From Azolla caroliniana (taxonomy: Eukaryota > Plantae > Polypodiophyta), in contig JBHGNT010000012.1 of assembly GCA_043228905.1 (NCBI GenBank), positions 10,106,001 to 10,170,000 on the forward strand: a DNA stretch of 64,000 nt, given 5' to 3'. Below, in pieces: positions 54,101 to 64,000 of the stretch (positions within the stretch are counted from its first letter, which is position 1; each line of letters opens with the position of its first letter). The translations under genes and the position numbers were made by a program. Under the pieces are notes generated by a model. It was not told the DNA's origin and made no database searches. It was given only the letters and a program-made list of their open reading frames with translations.

Positions 54101-57100
54101 TTGAATACACCAAAACTTCTAGAATGCTCATGCTAATCGTGCAATTCATGTGTAGTGTAATCACATTGCTTATCTCTTGCTTATCTCTTGTCTTAGTAAT
54201 TTGTAAATTGGATAAGTGTGCGCATGATATGGACACTTTGACATAGATGCTTCTCTGTACTTTTTGCAGGGTTCTCCATGCCATCTTTATTTTGATCTTG
54301 AATTCGATCGTTTGGCAAATCATGGACTGGATGGAAGTGTTCTTGTTGATACTTTATTATTGAAAGTTGCAGAAGCTTTGCATGAGGTATATTCTTTAGA
54401 GTACAATCAATCATGGACTATGGAGCTTGATTCAACAACCACAGGTAAAGATGAAATATTTTCCTGCTAAGAGTTCAACTTTTTGAGGATCTGCTTCTAG
54501 CAGGAATTATGGATTCCATATTTCATTTTGAATTAAACTTTACTTGCTTTAGTTATATATGTTCAGATTAGTGAATTTCTGACGATAGTTTACATGGATA
54601 AATCGTTGTTTTTAATAATAGTTTAAGACAATAGAATCAAAATTTTGAAGCTACATTATGAAGTCTATAACATCTGGATTCCATACTTCACTTAGAATTA
54701 ACTGTTCATGTTACATCATTGTAGTTTGCAAGTCGTGTCCATAATGGCTACATGCCTTTTAAAATTGACAGTTTGTTCATTTTTTTCAATTTACTTTCAA
54801 TGAATAAAGCATGACGGTTTCAATGACTGTTTATTCATTTTTTTTCATGTGAGTCTAAAGCATGCAAATTGACTATTTGCAATATCCAGTTTATTTTATT
54901 TTCGATATGCTTGTATACTCCACATAGTTTTCTGATCTTCTATGTTGGAGATTCACCATCCCAGGAAAATCCTGGTATGTCTACTGTGGGTGTCCGAGCC
55001 AGAAGTAAATTCTTACAAAGCAAATATGATCACATAACAGAAAATGTGAACATTCAATGAAGTGTTAGAAAGGAGTATTTTCTTCCTCTACATGATAATC
55101 TCTTGAAAAAAGGGAATGTGAATTCCAGGTTTTCTATCTTCATCTTTGGCATGTTTACAATATTGCCTTACTCTAGTGCATATACTATTGTTTATAGATA
55201 TCAAAGCCAGGTAATGTGATTCCTTTCCCATAACTTATGGAACTATAAGAGCAAAAAGATTGTGTTTTTTTTCATTCTATAATGGTCTACAACTATGATA
55301 CAGTCAACGTTATGTCATGTATGAAAGAGCAACAGTTACTGGCTACCCTGAGCTCATGCTGTGCAGTTATTTTCTGAAATACATTGTACATAGTTTTGGA
55401 TCAGTTTTTGTCATAGGTCTTCTATTAAAAATATAGTTTCATTGTGTTTTATTGTGAGAGCACAGGAAAATTTTCAAGGCATATTATTATCCGAATACCA
55501 AAGGTTGCATTCAAGAGCAATTCTCATGTCGGTGCATTTGTTTCAGAGGTGAGGAATTAATACCAAATTGTACTCATCTTTAATTTTGCTTTATTTAATT
55601 ATAGAAAATTTGTGCTGTGTGCCTAATAATATCTGAATCCTAAACCCTAGGGAATAGACTTGTGGGTTTGTTAGTATTCTGTAAGCTGCCATAAATTATG
55701 TTTATCATAAGTGATATATGTATATTCTGAAAGAGAGATGATGTGATTGCGTGGTTAGATCCAAAACACTAAGGGAGTGGGCTGCTGTGTGAGGAGAGAA
55801 AAAGTAGAAAAATTGTGCAGAAAAATAGAGAGGAAACCGTAACGGCTAAAAATCCCTATTTCATTACGAGAAGTTTGTAACCAATTCTTATTAATAAGTG
55901 GCTTTTCAGTCATTTTGGCATGTTCACATATGGCCAATGACCAAAAGTTATAAAAAAAAATGTAAATGCCTATAACCTGTCAAATTGGAGCCAACAATAT
56001 AGTATTAAGTATGTCTAGAAAGCTCTCCAAGAGAACTTTCACATGGAAGGTCAAAATACACTAAAAAAGGAGAGCCCTTGGGGCTTTTATCCCCAACAAC
56101 CTCCCACTTAAAGGACTAAGGAGGCTCCTTTAAGCTAACTCCCACCATCTGTATGCATAGCTGATGTTTTGCCTTGGGTAGACACTTTGATCAAAGTGAT
56201 TAGGCCATCCTCTAGCACCTCTTTGATGGAGTGGTATCTCATATCAATATGCTTTGTGCGAGCATGAAACATTGCATTCTTTGCCAAACATGTGGCACTC
56301 TACTATCACATCCAAGGACAGGTGTGTTTTTGTTGTGGAAAGATGTACCTCCTGAAGGGGAAAGAGTCTGATCGGCTGGGAGCTGGTCGACTAAGAGTTG
56401 ATCAACCAGGAGTCGGATATGTATGCACTAGGAGTCGGATATATATACATATATGTGAGTCAACTGTTCAGCTGACGAATGGAAGCCGACTAGGCGCCGA
56501 CCAGAGTTATAAGCCGAATTGATTGATTGCCTATTCGGCTGAGGCCGAAAATCGACGATAGCTGACTTGGCTAATACCCGCGATATTTGTAAATAGCCTA
56601 AATGTACCTATTCTGGGTTATATTTGTAAATAATGATGTATGTATATGAGTATAAATATAGCGAGGTCAAATAGTAGAATGGTAAGGGAGATAGAGAGAA
56701 TAGTTGTGAACAGTTTTTGGAGAGACAAGTGAGAAGACCATTGTGGACGAGAGGGTGTGCAGGCTGAGCTTGGAGAAGAAGTCAGCCTGTGAATCCGACC
56801 TTGTAAGTCGATGACTCTGCACATCAAACTTGGATGTTATCTGTTTTCTCTGTTACCTCTCTTTATTTTGGTCATCCCTCTACATATAGACGAAGGCTGT
56901 GTTTCGGTTATAGCCGAATCTGAGTGTTGTAATAACCCTAGCTTGTTAAGGAAGAATCTGTTGTAAATCCACTCATAGTGAAGTTGTTTTGGAGTCTGTG
57001 GGCTCCCGTGGTTTTTGCCATTAGGGTTTTCCATGTTAAATTTTTTTGTGTGCGTGTCCAATACTCCCATATTCCCAACACTTTTTAGGCATTCCAAACT

Positions 57101-60100
57101 CATTGCACACGTGGGTTATCCAAATGGTTTCTTTGAAAGCTGCTGAAGTCTAGAGCACCATGAAATAGCTCCACCTACAATGGTCTATACCTAGCCACTT
57201 GTGGATTTGTGTGTATCCATATCACTGCCATATCTGAATCACAAAATCCGTTTAACTCTAATGGATCCTTTCCATAACACAGGCATTTACCTTTTGTTCC
57301 TCTCAAATATCTCAAGCTAGATTTTATTGCTTCCCAATGAGCTCTACCAGATTAGCCATGAACCTGCTAACAACTCCAACTGTATGAACAATGTCTGGCT
57401 AAGTGGCAACCGTAGCATACATAAGTGAACCAAAAGCTGATGCATATGAACGTTCTTCATGTAATTGGCTGCATCGTCATCTTGGGGCAATCATCTTAGG
57501 AAAGCTTAACATGTGGCTGCAATGGCCATCCAAGAGGCTTAGCATCAGCCACATGATATCTGTCCAGCACTTTTTCAATATACTTTTCTTGGGATTATGG
57601 CAAAGTATACTGCTGCTTATCCCTTTTTATTCACATACCAAGTATATGCTGAGCTTCCCCAAGGTCTTTCATCGAGAATGCAGAGTTCAGCTGCTGTTTT
57701 AGAGCATCAGAGTACTCATTTTCTTCCCTGCTAGCAGCACATCATCTACTACAGTACTAGAATAATTGGGCTGCCATCTTCATCCTTTTTAGTGTACAAA
57801 TAGTGGTATGCATGGCTTCTTTTGAACCCATGTTTGAGCATAAATGCATCAAACCTCTTATACCGTTGTTTGGGGACTGTTCAGCCCATATAAGCTCCTT
57901 CTCAGCTTGCATACCAGATGCTGTTTTCCAGGAATGGCATATCCTTCTGGCTGTCATGTTCAACTCTTGTCTAAATCACCATGCAAAAAGTCTGTTTTAA
58001 CATCCATTTGGAATAACTCCATATCCAAGGGGGCTGTGAGCACAAACAAGGCATGTAGTGTAGTCAGCTTAACCACAGGAAAGAAAAACTCTCGGAAATC
58101 AATGCCCTCTTTTTGGGCATATCCCTTAGAAACCAGCCTCTTCTGGTTGATTGCTCTGATGGAGATTAGTCCCCTAAAGATAGTTATGATACTTGAAATT
58201 AATTATCTAATTGATAAAACTTCCGTGAGGAATTTAAATTTGGAACACAGGTATGACCCAGGAGTTTGTGGACTACACAATGTTGTCAGATATCATGATT
58301 GTAGGTTAATATCTCATGTAATATCTTTGCTCACGTATAGCTAAAAAGATTACTTGATAGATGACCATGGCTACTTAATATCTCTGTAATCTTGTTTTGT
58401 TGTTTATGGTAGCTATCTGACTGGTTTGTTACTTGATAATAATAGCTGAATTGTTGTTTATTTTATTCCTATAATCCAGATATGCAGGCGGATAGAGAAG
58501 CATCGCAATACTGATGAGTGTCTTAATGATATGTATGTTTTGAAAGGACAATCACGAGGAGACTGCTGCTCACAGCTTTTTATTGACCAGGCTGTTTATT
58601 CAAGAAATCGAAGTTTTCGTCTCCCGTTCTCCTCCAAGGCTGGCAAGTCATCACGACTTTTACCAACTGGCAGATTCCATTGTAAAGAAATGGTAAGAAT
58701 ACTTCCCTGCAATTATCACTCAGACAACGAGGCATTTAACCTTTACTATGATGTCTCAGATGATGTATTAAGCACACTACAATTGATGGAAAGTGGAAAT
58801 AAAGAGGTTGTACTCAATGGAGGAAGAAAACCATATTTTGGTAAAATATTTTGATTTTTCAAGGTCTACCTCGAGTATCATAGAATATGTAATACTTAAA
58901 TTACATAACATTGAGCACTTGTGGTACTGTGTGCTTAATGGCATTGAATGAGAATCATAATGTATAGTATATAATCAAAGTGAAATCTAAATATCATGGA
59001 AACATTCCCTTGATTTATTGGCAATAATACATATGCTTCTCGTAAATCCTCTCAACTTTTTAACACCATTTGTATTAAGAAGCTTTTTATGGTATCCTAC
59101 ATAAACAAGGTTGAGATTGCCTCCGCTCATTGCACTAGAAAGAAAAGAGGATGCCATGACAACAAACTTGATACTGTATGTTTGGAGTAAATCAATTCCT
59201 CTGGTTTCTTTTGGCCAGACTGATCGTGAGGTTTTTGAAGATTCTCTGATTTGCCATGTTGGATCGGAATGTGAGAGGCTTCTAACATTTGGGGAGGTAA
59301 TTCAAGTTTACACTAAAGAACAAGATAAGATGGTTTTGGTGACAAGTCTTAGTCTATATTTAGATGGATGGTGCTGATGAGCGTTTATTATCTGAACTTC
59401 TAAAGATGAACAGCTATGGTGGGTCATTGGCATGCTCTGCTGCCGATTCACATTATCTAATCAGGACGACCAAGAATGCAGAGTTTTGTATTTCTGGGAG
59501 GTCGCCATTTCCTGATGTTGACATATTCATTGAATCTATTGCTTGTATTGAAGGCATTCCAGGTTGATCCTCAAAGATGTGCTTGTATGTGTGTCACTGG
59601 ATCTTCACTTGCATTGGAAATTGAATATAGTAGTTAGGAGTGAAAGTTCTGTTCTTTCTTTCCAGGGAAGATAAGGAGCTGGTACTGGTTCTCAGAGTAT
59701 GGTGTTGTTGTTTATAATATTATTGGGAATCGGTATTGTGAGAACATTGGTAGACAGCATAAAAGTAACCATGGTATATATTCTTATTTCCTTTTTACTT
59801 TCTGTATTTCACCCATGTCTTCATCATTTTCTGCCTCAGGTTGGATCTTAACTCTCTTCATATTTTTTTCTTATTGAAATTTAGTTATGTATATTGTGGA
59901 TTTTCGAACAGCAGGATATTACCAAAAGTGTCATGACCCGGATTGCCAAGGTATATGATCCATTTAAATAAATGAATAACTTTGCAAAATGTTTTCAATC
60001 TTCTTGTAATCTTGTACAGGTTATAAGTCTCCGTTGAGGCCCATTCCACGCCATACTATTCCACCAGATTTCCCCCTCTCTGTTGCTCATGAGCCATTTT

Positions 60101-60333
60101 TACATGAGAGTGCTGACTTATTCTCAACACATCAAAGGCATGAAACTCACTCATCTCAGATATTCTCTTGTCTTTCTATTAAAAGTCAAGAATCAGAGAA
60201 CTCTGTTGGGGTATTCCATAATGGAAGTAAATGGGATGACGAAGAAGAAGATGCTTGGTGGGAGGAGGCAGTCAACCGCTTAGAGAACTTGGAAAAGAAA
60301 ACGAGAGACTTTGAGGAAGAGGTCAGTAGTTAA
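51111..60333 (+). CDS. PRIMPOL: PrimPol (AEP primase-polymerase), about 618 aa. Coding exons: 51111-51255, 52435-52527, 52610-52787, 52881-53033, 53161-53212, 54270-54444, 55466-55548, 58480-58692, 59219-59296, 59364-59562, 59666-59773, 59885-59950, 60020-60333
   Basis: GQRRFL, RHHYEII, PCHLYFDLEF (motif I DxE), KFSRH (motif II), FIDQAVYSRNRSFRL (motif III), UL52-type Zn finger RYCENIGRQHKSN...QKCHDPDC; 13 exons join in frame (1857 nt). Confidence 0.95.
55750..58150 (-). mobile_element. Degenerate Ty1/Copia (RT-RH, 3' LTR ending about 56098) in PrimPol intron 7
   Basis: FHARTKHIDMRYH, GYAQKEGIDF, QMDVKT; PPT-like AAGTGGGAGG before TGTTGGGG; boundaries approximate. Confidence 0.78.
56331..57080 (+). 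mobile_element. Solo LTR (750 bp) nested in the intronic Copia
   Basis: TGTTG...CAACA, imperfect TSD GTTTT/CTTTT, Copia U5-like GGGTTTTCCATGTTAA. Confidence 0.75.
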
Positions 60334-63300
60334 GGGGAACTTTTTTATTTTGGTGGGGCTTCTGCTTCTGGAGGATCTGCGTTTTTTTGTTACCTGGTGA
60401 TTTTTGGTGACTTTTTTCTAAATGTTTGAGAGGATGTTCACGTTAATGCAAAGCCATAGTGGCAAAACAACAAAGGACGATCTACATTTTTGATTGATGT
60501 TCCTGATTATGGTGGAAAATATAAAAAAAAGGTAGAAAAGATGGCATTATGATGCAAAAAGGTTCACTAAAAGACCAGGTAACACAAAAATGCTTACTCA
60601 CTTAACATCACCCAAAACATTATCTCATTAGCTAGTAGTAGTGATGTTAATAATGATACTAAATTTTAAAAAGAGATTTAATTTAATGTCAACTTTTTCC
60701 CCCTTAATTGATGCTACATTTCCAGCCCATACTTGCCGAATGTACACCAACCGATGACGATTGGTGGGATATTGTTGGGAAGGAGCTCGAGCGCCAAGGG
60801 ATTTGATCAAAATAGAAATATGTTGTAAAGATATAAAATCCTCTTGTTTTTATTAGAGACTATATATGATGATATTATTCTCTCTGTCTCGTACAGTATA
60901 AGATTCATTGACATAGTGGAGATTACTTTTCATTGATATCATATTTAAGAGTAAACTAATATTATCTGGTGCATATAAGATCAACTTTAATCCTGTTTTT
61001 TGAGAAAAAAAGCTTGACACTGAAGCGTATAATTATGTACATATAATCAATCATGTAAACAAGGCTGACATTTTGATAAAGTTACAATATGTTGTGTTCA
61101 TTCTTGAATTCAATATGACAATTCAGTACTTTAATTAGGGGTCATAGTACACATCATTTAATCTTGTTTGAGGACATTTTTCCAAATGGAGCACTTGGAT
61201 CATATATATGAACCTTGGTGTCAACTTGTAGATTCATAGTGGCTTTAAAAACTAGCAACTGATCATCAAATTCTATAAAGTGAGAGTAGAATGGTCAAAA
61301 CTCAGTTGCAGCAGCTGACATGTATTTGTATCAACATTGAAGTAAATGGCATCTTGGCACTATATCAGTTCTTAACTGTTATGTTCACAGAACTTTCCCT
61401 ATAGTGATGAATGTTAAAACATGGGAGCCACACTCTAGACGAAGAGCCTAGAAATGGGGAACTGCTTGTTCTGGGTAAAATATCAAAAGTGGAGTTACAT
61501 GGTGCTCTAACTTTATAATTAGCACTTCCTATAAACAAAAATGCACTTGGGGTGAGAAATGAAGTATTGCTAGCATAGTGAGATGAATACAATAAAGTAG
61601 AGCTTAATGGAGTTTTGGCGAAGTGGCATAGGAAAGTCAATCACTAAATGTAAATGTTAATACATGGATGATTTGGTCGGTTGACTTGTAAACACCACAA
61701 TAACTAAATTATTGAAATTCTAGATATAGTTAAGGGATCTATAAAAGCTACGGCTACTGAATGTATGCATAAAGCATGTGACAAAGCTTTATGGTTGGTA
61801 GTAGAATACAATCTACTTTCCCATTGATCTTATATTAGAGGAAAAACCTTATTTGACATGGGCTCATTGACAAATGAGACTAAAGCCTTTGGAGTAACAC
61901 AGGGCGATGCCCTCTTTGGAACTTCTCTATGGTGTAAGTAGCTCCATCTTAGATGCTTTATTGAGTGCATTTATCTATTTATTAATTATTGTATCCTCAA
62001 TTGGGGCATTTTTGTATGGTAGGTTTTGACCTATGCTTCCGCTAAAATTTAAATGTTCTATTATCAATATGAGTAGCCTCACTTCTTTTTATCTTGTACC
62101 TTGTACTATTGAGCTTTATGGTCTATTAGCATGTTTATCTCATCCAATCAAAAGAGAAATACGACCATTGACTCTAAATGAATGTTGGAAATGGTGGCAT
62201 GGCTTCTTTTAAACTTCTAATCTCAATTCTACTTTGTCAATATCTTTTGATTCACCACACAACTAGGGTTTTAGTGCTCTAGGATTTGGTATTTCATTAA
62301 CTCTTTTCAATATGGGCTAGTGTTAATAACCCTTCAATCTTTAGTGTTGCTTTTTTTTTGGACATGAAAAGCAAAACAGAACAAGAAAAGTATGAAAAGG
62401 CTATCTATGTGCCACCTATTAGCACATAAGGGATGGTGGCATTGGGTAAAGAGAAGATACTACATGATATGGTTATGTCATATTTGTGATATGCAAAATA
62501 TTGAAATAGACAAGGCACATTTGTTAGCTACAAACAAAATGCTAGAAAAGTCCACATAATTTATAATAGTAAAATGTCTTGAAGGCCTTTTACAAAAGTG
62601 GAAAGGAAAGAGTGAGTATTTTCCATCATAAGCTACAGGTTTAGAAGAAATACAATTTTCCAGGGTAACATGAACAACCATGCTAATAAGAACTAAGGGG
62701 AGAAGGCATGTTGGTGCATGCAAAACAATATTTATAGAGTAATGAGGTCAGGTTCCAAATTGAAGTGGAGGATCCACACTAGGACATATTCATATAACTT
62801 GAAATAAATGAGAGTTACTGTGGTAAGTCTTTAAGTCTTTCAATTCCGAATTTAGGATTGCATGTATAAAAACACATTCCTTATCTCTCATAGTTTGGAA
62901 ATTGATCTCCAATCCTATACGATTGTAGCAAGAATAATCATTTTCTACAATCAAATAATTTTGAGTGTTCCTTTATGCCCCCAAATGATTTTAATTTTTT
63001 CCCTATTTCGATCCCCTCTCAACTAATTATATGTGCTTGTAACAGAACTAGATAAGTTTGATGCGGTCATTTGGGGAAATTGCAAAAGTGGTATTTGTAG
63101 AAACACTAGAAAACTTGAGGGTATTCCAAAGTTATATCTAGCGTAAAATAGGTATCTCTATAGCCATTTCAATTGTTTGTCACTCAAGATACTTCAACAA
63201 GCCTCCAAAGTTGCTCTACAAAAACAAATTTGAGATTTGTTTCATGCTATTTTTCTTGTTGCAAGATAGACTTTTGCCTAGAGGCCCAAAAAACATGCAA

Positions 63301-63653
63301 ATAGGTGGTGTAGCTTTATTTTCTTGAGTGGGGAGAATCGGAATTTCTAATGAATGGCCTATTCGAGTAAATCAACCTACAACACAATAGTGAGATAAAC
63401 AGTAGATCCTCAAGTAACATCGTGGTCATGATTGAATGGAACACTACTTTTTAAAACTCCCTTCTTTAATCCGATTTAGATGCGGTTTTATAGTCTTCTT
63501 GAACCATGAGCATCCATGTAACCATTTCTACATTTTCTATTTGGATCAACTTAAAAACTTGGGTTGGTCTTCATCTAACACCCTAACACAAATAGATAAA
63601 TACATCGGCATGTAAAAGCAAAATGATCAACATAGACCTACGACATGTTTATT

Positions 63654-64000
63654 TGTTGGCTGAGGCCGAAACCGGAAATCGTGGAGATAGCCAACACGGA
63701 AGGCTAAGTTTGTAAATAGTCGAAAGGGTACATTAGTATATAAGTACTTAGGGCAATCATATTAGAGGTGTGCATTATTGTAAAATTACTGTTGATGAGG
63801 TTGTTGCCTCCGTAACTGTGAGAGTGAACGAGTGTGAGTGGAAGCGTGTGAGCTCCATAGCCGCCTGTTGGCGAAGCAGGATCTCGAGGTCGTTGCCTCT
63901 GAGATCTCTGATTGTATTCCTTTCTCTCATAGTGTTCTGTTTCGGAGTTTGTGGACTCCACGTGGTTTTTTCCCAGTTCGGGTTTCCACGTTAAAATCTG
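63654..64000 (+). mobile_element. Start of a Copia LTR related to family D (runs off the window)
   Basis: TGTTGG start; shares TTTGTAAATAG, TTAGGGCAA, CTCGAGGTCGTTGCCTC and GGGTTTCCACGTTAA with D LTRs but lacks the 40-bp array. Confidence 0.8.

Noticed and set aside
61360-61940. Possible pseudogene or exon downstream of PrimPol
   Set aside because: Fragmented frames and no recognisable homology.

Overview
Land-plant nuclear DNA, probably from a seed-free plant (inferred from TE families and gene style; not demonstrable here). Bases 1-36.3 kb are a deep nest of retroelements. It contains two related non-chromoviral Ty3/Gypsy elements on the minus strand (B, 7305-17237, TSD ATCGA, inserted in the gag region of A, <1-17867), several Ty1/Copia elements, solo LTRs with TSDs, and an L1-like LINE hosting two Copia insertions. 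The right half carries two intact-looking, divergently oriented host genes: a kinesin-13 (minus, 39475-43967, 12 coding exons) and PrimPol (plus, 51111-60333, 13 coding exons), separated by further TE debris. Most striking observation: both Gypsy elements lack a polypurine tract. Exactly 2 nt before the 3' LTR they instead carry a conserved copy of a tRNA 3' end (...CCCACGGG(C/T)GTG-CCA), i.e. an inverted second primer-binding site. This suggests tRNA (or tRNA-mimic) priming of plus-strand synthesis. Both also encode a large extra sense ORF after pol. Other items: a tRNA-like Pol III A/B-box module inside a solo LTR, a tandemly duplicated kinesin exon, GC-AG introns in both genes and an ~80-bp plastid-like 23S rRNA fragment. 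All coordinates were read by eye.
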